Assembly (NCBI RefSeq): GCF_947489365.1
Contig: NZ_CANLDB010000007.1
Coordinates: 25,068-89,067 of the forward strand
DNA from: an uncultured Nocardioides sp.
Lineage (GTDB): Bacteria; Actinomycetota; Actinomycetes; Propionibacteriales; Nocardioidaceae
Length of the DNA: 64,000 bases
Reading direction: 5' to 3'
The notes below the pieces were generated by a model. That model was not told the origin of the DNA, made no database searches, and was given only the letters and a program-made list of their open reading frames with translations. This document shows, piece after piece, positions 31,462 to 41,236 of the stretch. The position numbers and the translations under genes are program-made. The number at the start of each line of letters is the position of its first letter. The first letter of the stretch is position 1.

Positions 31462-31551
31462 ATGATCTCGCCGGTGACGCACGCCCATCTCGTGGCGCGT
31501 CGCCACGTGGACCTCGGGCGCACCCGCTCCGCGATGTGTCCGTCCTCCTGA
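31462..31551 (+). CDS. Putative Cys-containing leader peptide MISPVTHAHLVARRHVDLGRTRSAMCPSS (29 aa)
   Basis: Translated by hand; below the ORF-track cut-off. Carries the LxxRRHVDLxRxxSAxC pattern seen in actinobacterial leaders ahead of sulfur-assimilation genes. Confidence 0.8.
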   Translation: MISPVTHAHLVARRHVDLGRTRSAMCPSS

Positions 31552-31623
31552 GGCGCCGACCCGCACCCCCGCGCCCGACACCGCCGTCGGGCCTCCTGCG
31601 ACCTGATCGAGGACTTCCTCCGC

Positions 31624-33342
31624 ATGCCTGACCTCCGGTACAAGCCCGAGCCCGCGAAGCACACCGAGATCCCGCGCCCCAAGCGCGCCGAGGGTCAGTG
31701 GGCGCTCGGGTACACCGAGCCGCTGAACAAGAACGAGCAGTCCAAGAAGGACGACGACCCGCTGAACGTGCGGGACCGCATCCTCCACATCTACTCGAAG
31801 CGCGGCTTCGACTCGATCGACCCGGCCGACCTCCGCGGCCGCTTCCGCTGGATGGGGCTCTACACCCAGCGCAAGCCCGGCATCGACGGCGGCAAGACCG
31901 CCGTCCTCGAGGAGGAGGAGCTGGACGACCGCTACTTCATGCTGCGGGTCCGCTCCGACGGGCAGCTGCTCACGCCGGCCGCCGTCCGGGCCCTGGGCAC
32001 CATCGGCGTCGACTTCGCGCGCGACACCGCGGACGTCACCGACCGCGAGAACATCCAGTACCACTGGATCCGCATCGAGGACGTCCCCGAGATCTGGAAC
32101 CGCCTCGACGAGGCGGGCCTGTCCAGCCTCGAGGCCTGCGGTGACTCGCCGCGTCCCTTCCTGGGCTCGCCCGTCGCCGGGGTCGCGGCCGACGAGATCA
32201 TCGACGGCACCTCCGCGCTCGACGAGATCCGCGCCCGTTTCATCGGCGACCCGGCGTTCTCGAACTTCCCGCGGAAGTTCAAGACCGCGCTGACCGGCCA
32301 CCCGAGCCACGACGTCTCCCCCGAGACCAACGACGTGGCCTTCGTCGGCACCGTCCACCCCGAGCACGGCCCCGGCTTCGACGTCTGGGTCGGCGGCGGT
32401 CTGTCGACGAACCCCAAGCTCGCCGTGCCGCTCGGCGTCTGGATCCCGACCGACGAGGTCGCCGACGTGTGGGCCGGCGTCGCGGGCATCTTCCGCGACT
32501 ACGGCTACCGCCGCCTGCGCTCCAAGGCCCGCCTGAAGTTCCTCGTCGCCGACTGGGGCGGGGAGAAGTTCCGCGAGGTCCTCGAGAAGGAGTACCTCGG
32601 CCGCGAGCTCGTCTCCTGCCCCTCGCCGCCCTCGCCGGGCACCGTGCGCGACCACATCGGCGTCCACGACCAGAAGGACGGCCTCAAGTACGTCGGCCTC
32701 GCCCCGACCGCCGGCCGGGTCTCGGGCACGCTGCTGGCCGGCCTCGCCGACCTCATGGAGAAGCACGGTGTCGCCGGGGCGCGCCTGACGCCGTACCAGA
32801 AGATCGTGCTGATCGGTGTCCCGCCTGCCGCGGTCGACGCGCTGCTGGACGACCTCGACGAGCTCGGCCTGACCGCCCGGCCCTCGCAGTGGCGACGCAG
32901 CACGATGGCCTGCACGGGCATCGAGTTCTGCAAGCTCGCGATCGTCGACACCAAGGACCGCGCCCGCGACCTGGTCGCCGAGCTCGAGCGTCGCTTCCCC
33001 GACCTCGACACCCCGATCACCGTCAACGTCAACGGCTGCCCCAACGCCTGCGCCCGCACCCAGGTCGCGGACATCGGCCTCAAGGGCCAGCTCGTCACGG
33101 TGGACGGCGAACAGGTCGAGGGCTTCCAGGTCCACCTCGGCGGCGCCGCCGGCCTCGACGCGGTCTTCGGGCGCAAGCTCCGGGCCCACAAGGTCACCAG
33201 CGCCGGGCTGGACGACTACATCACCGCCGTCGTGAGCAGCTACCTCGCCGACCGGGCCGACGGCGGCGAGTCCTTCGCCGCCTGGGTCGCCCGGGCCGAC
33301 GAGGAATTGCTGCGGGGTGACAAGACGCTGGAGAACGCATGA
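31624..33342 (+). CDS. sirA: Ferredoxin-dependent sulfite (nitrite/sulfite family) reductase
   Basis: RFRWMGLYTQ, FMLRVRSDGQ, TDRENIQYHW, ACGDSPR, PRKFKTA, MACTGIEFCK, NGCPNAC siroheme/4Fe-4S ligands. cysH and the chelatase downstream favour sulfite as substrate. Confidence 0.92.
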   Translation: MPDLRYKPEPAKHTEIPRPKRAEGQWALGYTEPLNKNEQSKKDDDPLNVRDRILHIYSKRGFDSIDPADLRGRFRWMGLYTQRKPGIDGGKTAVLEEEELDDRYFMLRVRSDGQLLTPAAVRALGTIGVDFARDTADVTDRENIQYHWIRIEDVPEIWNRLDEAGLSSLEACGDSPRPFLGSPVAGVAADEIIDGTSALDEIRARFIGDPAFSNFPRKFKTALTGHPSHDVSPETNDVAFVGTVHPEHGPGFDVWVGGGLSTNPKLAVPLGVWIPTDEVADVWAGVAGIFRDYGYRRLRSKARLKFLVADWGGEKFREVLEKEYLGRELVSCPSPPSPGTVRDHIGVHDQKDGLKYVGLAPTAGRVSGTLLAGLADLMEKHGVAGARLTPYQKIVLIGVPPAAVDALLDDLDELGLTARPSQWRRSTMACTGIEFCKLAIVDTKDRARDLVAELERRFPDLDTPITVNVNGCPNACARTQVADIGLKGQLVTVDGEQVEGFQVHLGGAAGLDAVFGRKLRAHKVTSAGLDDYITAVVSSYLADRADGGESFAAWVARADEELLRGDKTLENA

Positions 33343-33500
33343 GCTCCTCGCGTGCGGCCTCGCCGTTCCACTGCCCGTACTGCGCCGAGACGGACCTCTG
33401 GCCACGTGAGGAGACCGGCGGCTGGGAGTGCCGGGCCTGCCTGCGGGCCTTCGCGGTGACCTTCCTCGGCCAGATCACCCCGTCCGGCGGTGCGCGATGA
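33339..33500 (+). CDS. 53-aa four-Cys zinc-ribbon-like protein (CPYC...CRAC)
   Basis: MSSSRAASPFHCPYCAETDLWPREETGGWECRACLRAFAVTFLGQITPSGGAR. ATGA overlaps at both ends; absent from the ORF track. Confidence 0.85.
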   Translation: MSSSRAASPFHCPYCAETDLWPREETGGWECRACLRAFAVTFLGQITPSGGAR

Positions 33501-34243
33501 CCACGGCCACCACCCAGGCCGCCCGGGACTTCAAGGGCACCCACACCGAGGGCCGCAGCTCCGAGGAGCTGCGCGAGCTGGTCAGTCACATGGGCGCCGA
33601 GCTCGAGCTCGCCCCCGCGGAACAGATCATCGAGTGGGCCGTCGCCACCTTCGGGGCGCGCTTCTGCGTCACCGCCTCGATGGCGGACGGCGTGCTGTCC
33701 CACGTCGCCTCCCGCGTCGCCCCCGGGGTCGACGTCGTCTTCCTCGACACCGGCTACCACTTCGTCGAGACCATCGGCACCCGCGACGCGGTGGCCGCGA
33801 CGCTGCCCGTCAACGTCATCAGCGCCACGCCCGAGCTGACCGTGGCCGAGCAGGACGAGAAGTACGGCAAGGACCTGTTCCGCCGCGACCCCGACGCCTG
33901 CTGCGCCATGCGCAAGGTCGCGCCGCTGAGCCGGATGCTGTCCGGGTACGACGCCTGGGCCACCGGCATGCGCCGTGCCGAGACCCGCAACCGGGTCGTC
34001 GCCCCCGTCATCGGCTGGGACGCCCGCAAGCAGAAGGTCAAGGTCTCCCCCCTCGCCCGCTGGTCCGACGAGGACGTGGACCGGTACGTCGCCGAGAACA
34101 ACGTGCTGGTGAACCCGCTGGTGCACGACGGCTTCCCGTCGATCGGCTGCGAGCCCTGCACCCGCCGCGTCGCCCCGGGCGAGGACGCCCGCAGCGGCCG
34201 CTGGGCCGGCACCTCGAAGACCGAGTGCGGCATCCACCTCTGA
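33497..34243 (+). CDS. cysH: (Phospho)adenylyl-sulfate reductase
   Basis: FLDTGYHF.ET, DACCAMRKV, PLARWS, GFPSIGCEPCT, SGRWAGTSKTECGIHL. The CC/CxxC motifs indicate the 4Fe-4S APS-reductase type. Confidence 0.95.
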   Translation: MTTATTQAARDFKGTHTEGRSSEELRELVSHMGAELELAPAEQIIEWAVATFGARFCVTASMADGVLSHVASRVAPGVDVVFLDTGYHFVETIGTRDAVAATLPVNVISATPELTVAEQDEKYGKDLFRRDPDACCAMRKVAPLSRMLSGYDAWATGMRRAETRNRVVAPVIGWDARKQKVKVSPLARWSDEDVDRYVAENNVLVNPLVHDGFPSIGCEPCTRRVAPGEDARSGRWAGTSKTECGIHL

Positions 34244-34305
34244 GCTGGCCCGACTCGACCCACCCATCCCACCCGGCACCCGCCACCGCCCGACAGGAGA
34301 CCGCG

Positions 34306-35049
34306 ATGACAGCTCCCGCGCTCGTCGCCCTCGCCCACGGCAGCGACGACCCCCGCTCGCGGAGGTCCGTCGCGGACCTCGTCGCCGAGGTCCGGCGCTC
34401 CCGCCCCGACCTCCGCGTCGAGTCCGCCGCGCTGGAGCACGGCGGCCCGACGCTGCTCGAGGTCGTCGCCCGCCTCGCGGCCGACGGGGTCGAGGAGGCG
34501 GTCGTCGTGCCGCTGCTGCTCACCGAGCCGCACCTGTGCGGTGCCGACGTCGACGCCGCGATCGCCGTCGCCGCCGTCCGGCACCCCGGCGTCCGGCTGC
34601 GCGCCTCGGCGGTGCTGGGCCTCGAGCCGGCGTTCCTCGAGGTCCTCGACGTGCGGCTGCGCGACAGCCTCGCCGCCGCCCGGGTCTGCGAGCTCGACGC
34701 GCTCGTGCTCGCCGCGTCGGGCACCAGCGACCACCTGACCAACGCGGCCGTCGCCCGCCTGGCGCGGCTGTGGGGCACCCACCACAAGCTGCCTGTCACC
34801 GCGGCGTACGCCGCCTCCGCCCCGCCGGCGACCGGCGAGGCCGTCCGGGCGTTCCGCGGGGAGGGACGACGCCACATCGCCGTCGGATCGCTGTTCCTGA
34901 CCCCGGGCTTCCTGCACGACCGGGCCTCCGAGCTCGCCCTCGAGGCCGGCGCCGTCGCCGTCTCGGCCCCGCTCGGCGCGCACCCCGAGGTCGCCCGCGT
35001 CGTCCTCGCCCGGTACGCCGTCGGCGCGGTGGAGCTCGTCCCCGTCTAG
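34306..35049 (+). CDS. sirB: Sirohydrochlorin chelatase (CbiX/SirB family)
   Basis: VALAHGSDDPRS, VVVPLLL, duplicated CbiX-like halves, PLGAHPEVA. Confidence 0.85.
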   Translation: MTAPALVALAHGSDDPRSRRSVADLVAEVRRSRPDLRVESAALEHGGPTLLEVVARLAADGVEEAVVVPLLLTEPHLCGADVDAAIAVAAVRHPGVRLRASAVLGLEPAFLEVLDVRLRDSLAAARVCELDALVLAASGTSDHLTNAAVARLARLWGTHHKLPVTAAYAASAPPATGEAVRAFRGEGRRHIAVGSLFLTPGFLHDRASELALEAGAVAVSAPLGAHPEVARVVLARYAVGAVELVPV

Positions 35050-35060
35050 GGCCCCGAGGT

Positions 35061-35101
35061 GGTCGAGCGGGGAGGAGCCCCGCGACGACCGCGTCGCGAC
35101 C
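35061..35101. terminator. Hairpin or REP-like element between convergent genes
   Basis: GGTCG...CGACC ends enclosing GCGGGG-AGGAG-CCCCGC. Confidence 0.45.
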
Positions 35102-35113
35102 GCCGGTCTCCGT

Positions 35114-35494
35114 TCAGCGGACGAGGATCTCCAGGAGCCGCTCCAGGCACGCCTGCGGGTCGTCGGCGACGCCGCCGTGGACGGGCCCCGGCCGCAGGAC
35201 GGTGCTGCGCGGCGCCTTGAGGTAGCCGAACCGGCTGCTGCGGGTGCCGCGGGCGGGCTCTCCCCCGGTCCCCGGGTCGCCCGCGCAGACCGCGTCGACG
35301 AACCGCAGCGCGGTCTCGACGTCCACGGGGTCCACGGAGGGGTCCAGGGCCCGGAGACGGTCGGCGTCGACGTGCCAGGCCGCGGCGAGCAGGTCGGCGT
35401 CCTGGCTGTGGAGCACCACGCCGACGTTCAGGAACTCCTCACGGTGCGCGCGGGGCACGCAGCGCAGGACGACGTACTCGTACGCCGCGCTCAC
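35114..35494 (-). CDS. DUF3037-domain protein
   Basis: YEYVVLRCVPRAHREEFLNVGVVL...RFGYLKAPRSTVLRPGPVHGG. GTG 35494 overlaps the kinase stop. Confidence 0.85.
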   Translation of the reverse strand: MSAAYEYVVLRCVPRAHREEFLNVGVVLHSQDADLLAAAWHVDADRLRALDPSVDPVDVETALRFVDAVCAGDPGTGGEPARGTRSSRFGYLKAPRSTVLRPGPVHGGVADDPQACLERLLEILVR

Positions 35495-36270
35495 GCCTCG
35501 CCCCCGGGGAGCCACTGGCGGGTGCCGAGGCGCGCGGTGAGGAACGCGACGTACGCCGCCCGCAGCGCCGCCGGGTCCTCGGCGCCGGGCACCGGGTCGA
35601 GCCAGGCGTCGGGCACGCGGGCGAGGACGCCCTCCAGGCGCTCCGTGGTCAGCAACGAACCGAGCTCCTCGTCGAGCTCGCGGGCGCGCCCGGCGTGGGT
35701 GGTGAGCAGGTGGTCGCTCGCGTCCCAGCGCTGGGCCGCGAAGCGGGCGGGGTCGCCGACGCCGCCGGGCCAGGAGTGGTGGAAGTACAACGCCGCGCCG
35801 TGGTCGATCACCCACAGGCGCCGGTGCCACCACAGCAGGTTCGGGTTGCGCCAGCTGCGGTCGACGTTGGCGCACAGCGCGTCGAGCCACAGCACGCGGG
35901 CGGCGACGTCGGGCTCGGCGGCCGCCTGGCCGTCGTACCCGAAGGCGCCGGGGAGGAAGTCCACGCCCAGGTTGAGCCCGACGCTGGCGCGCAGCAGGTC
36001 CTGGACCTCCTCGTCGGCCTCGTACCGGGTCAGCGCCTTGGTGAGGTCGACCGTGACCTGCCGCGGGGTGGCCAGGCCGATGGCCTCGGCGATGCCGGCC
36101 ACCACCACCTCGGCCACGAGGACCCGCGGGCCCTGGCCGGCGCCGCGGTACTTCACGACGTAGGTGCCGAGGTCGTCGGCCTCCATCAGGCCCGGCAGCG
36201 ACCCGCCCTCCCGGAGCGGGGCGACGTACCGGGTCGCGGAGACGGCGGCGAGCGCCCCCTCCCCGGTCAC
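35491..36270 (-). CDS. HipA-like (HipA_2) kinase
   Basis: RYVAPLREGGSLPGLMEADD..YVVKYRGAGQG; catalytic NVDRSWRNPNL and IDHG motifs. Confidence 0.85.
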   Translation of the reverse strand: MTGEGALAAVSATRYVAPLREGGSLPGLMEADDLGTYVVKYRGAGQGPRVLVAEVVVAGIAEAIGLATPRQVTVDLTKALTRYEADEEVQDLLRASVGLNLGVDFLPGAFGYDGQAAAEPDVAARVLWLDALCANVDRSWRNPNLLWWHRRLWVIDHGAALYFHHSWPGGVGDPARFAAQRWDASDHLLTTHAGRARELDEELGSLLTTERLEGVLARVPDAWLDPVPGAEDPAALRAAYVAFLTARLGTRQWLPGGEA

Positions 36271-37106
36271 GAGATCGGGTCCTGCTCGAGCAGCCGGCGC
36301 CGCTCACCCTCGACGTCGACCTGTGCGGGCGGCCAGACGGGCGCCATCTCCGCGAGGGTGTCGCGCAGCAGGTGGGCCACGGCCAGGTTGCGGTACCACT
36401 TGCGGTCGGCCGGGACGACGAACCACGGGGCGACCTCGGTGCTGGTGCGCTCCAGCGCGGTCTCGTAGGCCGCCACGTAGTCGGACCACCGGGCCCGGTC
36501 GTCGATGTCGGAGGTGGCGAGCTTCCACTGCTTCGTGGGGTCGTCCATCCGGGACAGCAGGCGCTCCTTCTGCTCCTCGGGCGAGATCAGGAGCAGGCAC
36601 TTCACGACCCGGGTCCCCGACTCCACCACCTCGGCCTCGAAGTCGTTGATCGCGCCGTAGCGGCGCTCGATCTCGGTGTCGTCGGCGAGCGAGCGGACCT
36701 TGGCGGCCAGGACGTCCTCGTAGTGGGAGCGGTCGAACACCCCGACCTGACCGGCGGCCGGCAGCGCCCGGCGGATGCGCCAGAGGAAGTCGTGGGCGAG
36801 CTCCTCGTCGGTCGGGGCGCCGAAGCCGGTGATCCGCAGGCCCTGCGGGTCGACGAGCCCGGCCACGTGACGGACGGTGCCGCCCTTGCCGGCGGTGTCC
36901 ATGCCCTGCAGCACGAGCAGCACGCTGCGCGTCGAGCCGGTCACCCGCTCCGCGAACAGCCGCTCCTGCAGGTCGCCGAGGTCCGGCGCCAGCGCGGCCA
37001 GGGCCTCGCGCCCGGCCGCCTTGTCCCCCTCGAACCCGGGCGTGGCCCGGGTGTCGTACGAGGACAGGTCGACGGCGCCGGGCGGGAGGCGGAGCAGCTC
37101 GAGCAT
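36267..37106 (-). CDS. ppk2: Polyphosphate kinase 2 family protein
   Basis: Walker A LQGMDTAGKGG, HDFLWR, VFDRSHYEDV, ERLLSRMDDPTKQWK, PWFVVPADRKWYRN. Start ATG 37106 follows TAGGGT-N7. Confidence 0.93.
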   Translation of the reverse strand: MLELLRLPPGAVDLSSYDTRATPGFEGDKAAGREALAALAPDLGDLQERLFAERVTGSTRSVLLVLQGMDTAGKGGTVRHVAGLVDPQGLRITGFGAPTDEELAHDFLWRIRRALPAAGQVGVFDRSHYEDVLAAKVRSLADDTEIERRYGAINDFEAEVVESGTRVVKCLLLISPEEQKERLLSRMDDPTKQWKLATSDIDDRARWSDYVAAYETALERTSTEVAPWFVVPADRKWYRNLAVAHLLRDTLAEMAPVWPPAQVDVEGERRRLLEQDPIS

Positions 37107-37137
37107 GCCGATCACCCTAGGGCGCACCCCGGGGCGG

Positions 37138-37672
37138 TCAGGTGGCGATCTCCTCGGGCAGGTCCGCGGCGTCCGCGCGGTCCTCGGCCAGGACCTCCCG
37201 GACCACGGCGTACGCGACCCCCGGTGGGTGCCCCTTGCGGGCGAGCATCCCGACCAGCCGCTGGGTGGCCCTGGCGGTCTCCACCCCGCGGACCGAGCGC
37301 AGGCGGCGCCGGACCAGGACCCGGGCCGCCTCGCGCTCGTCGTCGGGGTCGAGCTCGTCGAGGGCGGTGCGGACGTCGTCGTCCGCCACCCCCTTGCGGC
37401 GCAGCTCCGCCGACAGCGCACGGCGGGCGAGGCCCTTGCCCGGACCGCGACTCGCGACCCAGGCCCGGGCGAACGCCTCGTCGTCGATCAGGCCGACCTC
37501 GGTGAACCGGTCGAGCAGGCGCTCGGCCACGTCGTCGGGGACGTCCTTGGCCGCCAGCTTGTCCGCCAGCTGCGACCGGCTCCTCGCCTGCGCGGTGAGC
37601 TGGTTCAGCAGGATCGAGCGGGCCCGCTCCTCAGCCTCGGCCTCGGTCTCGACCCGCTCACCCGACGCGGGC

Positions 37673-37689
<17 letters not shown>
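37138..37689 (-). CDS. recX: Regulatory protein RecX
   Basis: [35 protein letters not shown]; lies directly downstream of recA. Confidence 0.93.
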
Positions 37690-38725
<1,036 letters not shown>

Positions 38726-38777
38726 GGTCCACTCCGTCCTCGGGTCTGCCGGCCGGGCATCTGCCGACCTGTCCGCG

Positions 38778-38800
38778 ACGTTAGGTGCGGCCACCGACAA
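38778..38800 (-). promoter_or_regulatory. RecA-NDp / PafBC-type DNA-damage promoter of recA
   Basis: Minus strand reads TTGTCGGTG-GCCGCACC-TAACGT, matching the mycobacterial consensus tTGTCRgtg-N8-TAnnnT. Confidence 0.85.
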
Positions 38801-38867
38801 CGGCCGGGACACCGTCCCGGCGCTGTGGAGAACTCGACCCGTCGTCCGCCTGTGGACACCACAGTAA

Positions 38868-38881
38868 CGAACAGATGTTCG
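38868..38881. promoter_or_regulatory. LexA (SOS) box of recA
   Basis: CGAAC-AGAT-GTTCG, the actinobacterial consensus, next to a minus-strand -10 TACTGT at 38861-38866. Confidence 0.9.
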
Positions 38882-38895
38882 ACGCGGCAGGAGCG

Positions 38896-39378
38896 CTACG
38901 GCGTGTCGGGGCGTGTCTGGTCGCGCCGGTCGGCAGGCGCCTCGTCCAGCGGGGCGCTGAGGTCCTCCGGGCGCGAGCGGCGACGCGCCGAGCGCACCAG
39001 CGCCCCCGCGAGGACCAGCCCCAGGACGACGCCGACCAGCACCAGGTAGCCGGTCGTGTAGTCCCGGTCCAGCAGCGTCGGGTTGTCGGGCAGCGCACCG
39101 AACCGGCCGAGGAACGGCACGGCCAGCACGGTGACCGTGGCCAGGACGACGAAGGCCACCCCGGCCGGCGCTCGCCACGACGCCGGCAGCAGCCGGCCCA
39201 GCAGCGCGAGGACGAGCAGGGCCAGCGGCGCCAGGAGCAGGTCGTGCACCAGCGCTCCCCCGACCAGCCACACCAGGGCGGACGGCAGGTCGTCGAGACG
39301 GTCGTGGACCAGCAGGAAGCCGCCGTACGCCGCGACGGCGGTGCCGACGACGGCCAGGACGAGACGCCCGGCGCTCAC
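38896..39378 (-). CDS. Small 4-TM membrane protein
   Basis: Hydrophobic helices with LVHDLLLAP and [14 protein letters not shown]-coupled to the oxidoreductase; it is the 3' part of track ORF 38896..40467. Confidence 0.8.
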   Translation of the reverse strand: MSAGRLVLAVVGTAVAAYGGFLLVHDRLDDLPSALVWLVGGALVHDLLLAPLALLVLALLGRLLPASWRAPAGVAFVVLATVTVLAVPFLGRFGALPDNPTLLDRDYTTGYLVLVGVVLGLVLAGALVRSARRRSRPEDLSAPLDEAPADRRDQTRPDTP

Positions 39379-40544
39379 AGCGTCTCCAACCGGGTGACCC
39401 ACTTGGTCTGAAGGACGCCGGGCCGGTTCGGGGCGATGATCCGGCAGGGGTAGCCGTGGTCCGGCGACAGCGTCTCCCCGTTGACCTCGAGGGCGAGCAG
39501 CGTGAGGGGGTCGTCGGCGAAGTTCGCAGGCAGCCGCGACGTCGAGAACGCGCCCCGCGTCTGCAGGGAGTAGACGCCGACGTCGGCGCCGCTGGTGCCG
39601 ACCAGCGCCATGACGTCGCTCATGCGGGGTCCGGTCCAGGTGGCCGAGGCGCTCCACCCCTCGACGCAGGCGATCGGCAGCTCGACCGTCTGCTGCGGCA
39701 GCGCGCGCAGGTCGTCGAGCGTGAGACGCCGTCCGGAGTCGCCCCGGAGCACGGTGAGCCGCCAGGACGACCCGGTGGCCTCCTCGCTCACGCCCGCCGC
39801 GACGGCGGTGCGGTTGATCGGCAGGCCCTGCGGCCCGTCGCCGGTGCGGACCCCGAGCACGGAGACCTTCCGCAGCAGCGGGACGGTGGCGCCGGCGGTG
39901 GCCACGACGGCGACGGTCGCGGCGAGCCAGGTGCTGCGCAGCAGGCCGCGTCGGCTCATCACGCCGTCCCGCGAGTGCTCCACGTCGTACGGCGGCGGGT
40001 GGTCGGGGTCGTCCTCCTCGACGTCGCGGGCGTACGCGCCGCGGATGGCCGGCAGCTTGAGCGCGACGTGGACGACGATCGCGCCGATCGCCAGCCACGC
40101 CACGGCGTAGTGGGTGGGCCGGAAGGAGAACTCCCACGGGTACCACTGGGTGGAGTTCATCAGCCCGGTGACGAGCTGGAAGACGCCGGAGGCGACGAGC
40201 ACCAGCGTCGCGAGCCGCTCGAGCCCGTGGACGACGGCCGCCCGCGGCGGCCACGCGACGACCCGCCCGAACAGGCGCGGGTAGACGGTCCACAGCTTGA
40301 CGAGCAGCAGCGGGATCGCGGCGGTGCCGGTGATGACGTGCAGCCCCTGCGTCACGCGGTAGCCCCAGGCCGGCCGCGTGGGGAAGGCCACCAGCGGGTC
40401 CGGCACCTGGGCCCAGTGGCTGACCAGGCCCGTCAGGAAGCAGATCCCGAAGGTGATGCCGAGCCACGTGCCGACGCGCGCGGCGACGGCCGGGCTGTGC
40501 AACCGGGAGGTGAAGTCCGTCTGCGAGGGCGTGCGGACGGCCAC
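39375..40544 (-). CDS. Cytochrome-b-like TM domain fused to a sulfite-oxidase/MsrP-family molybdopterin domain
   Basis: Four TM His (LVSHW, GLHV, PTHY, VVHV); internal SRRGLL; Mo-ligand PIACVEGWS; [22 protein letters not shown]. Confidence 0.85.
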   Translation of the reverse strand: MAVRTPSQTDFTSRLHSPAVAARVGTWLGITFGICFLTGLVSHWAQVPDPLVAFPTRPAWGYRVTQGLHVITGTAAIPLLLVKLWTVYPRLFGRVVAWPPRAAVVHGLERLATLVLVASGVFQLVTGLMNSTQWYPWEFSFRPTHYAVAWLAIGAIVVHVALKLPAIRGAYARDVEEDDPDHPPPYDVEHSRDGVMSRRGLLRSTWLAATVAVVATAGATVPLLRKVSVLGVRTGDGPQGLPINRTAVAAGVSEEATGSSWRLTVLRGDSGRRLTLDDLRALPQQTVELPIACVEGWSASATWTGPRMSDVMALVGTSGADVGVYSLQTRGAFSTSRLPANFADDPLTLLALEVNGETLSPDHGYPCRIIAPNRPGVLQTKWVTRLETL

Positions 40545-40555
40545 GGGCGCTGTCC

Positions 40556-41236
40556 TCAGCTCGACGAGACGAGCACGGTGAACCACCGGTCGCCGTGCTG
40601 GTGGAACTCCTGGACGGACAGGCCCACCTCGGCGGCCACCTCGTCGACGGCGTCCGTGCCGACGACGGACCAGCGGAACGGACGGCTGCGCAGGCCGCCG
40701 GACTCCAGGCAGGCCCACATGGTCACGAAGCCCGCACCGGGCGGGGAGAGCTCGACGACGACCCGACCCCCGGGGTCGAGCAGCTCCTTGATCCGTCCGA
40801 GGAGCGCGATGGGGTCCCCGCCGATGCCGATGTTGCCGTCGGCGAGCAGCGCGGTCTGCCAGCGGCCCTCGCCGGGCAGGGTGTCGAAGACGTTGCGGAC
40901 GATCGCGGACACGCCGCGGTCCCGGGTCTGCAGGACCGCCTCGTGGACGACGTCGATGCCCAGCACGGTGTGGCCGACCTCGGAGAGGTGCTCGGCCATC
41001 CGGCCGGGGCCGCAACCGATGTCGAGGGTCGGGCCCTCGCACAGCGCGAGCAGCGCGCGGTCGGCCTCGTCGGCCTCGCGCTTCCACTCGGAGACCGGCA
41101 GGTGCTCGGGGGCGTCGCCGATGCCGACGACGGTGCAGGCCTCACCGCGCAGGGCGGCGGCGAAGACGTTGGTGAAGGAGGCGTCGGAGGTGACGCCGGC
41201 GTCGGCCAGGACGTCGTCCGCGGGCTCGAGGCTCAT
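40556..41236 (-). CDS. Class I SAM-dependent methyltransferase
   Basis: TLDIGCGPGR motif I, VLGID, LLADGNIGIGGD. ATGA-coupled to the DUF2064 gene. Confidence 0.88.
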   Translation of the reverse strand: MSLEPADDVLADAGVTSDASFTNVFAAALRGEACTVVGIGDAPEHLPVSEWKREADEADRALLALCEGPTLDIGCGPGRMAEHLSEVGHTVLGIDVVHEAVLQTRDRGVSAIVRNVFDTLPGEGRWQTALLADGNIGIGGDPIALLGRIKELLDPGGRVVVELSPPGAGFVTMWACLESGGLRSRPFRWSVVGTDAVDEVAAEVGLSVQEFHQHGDRWFTVLVSSS

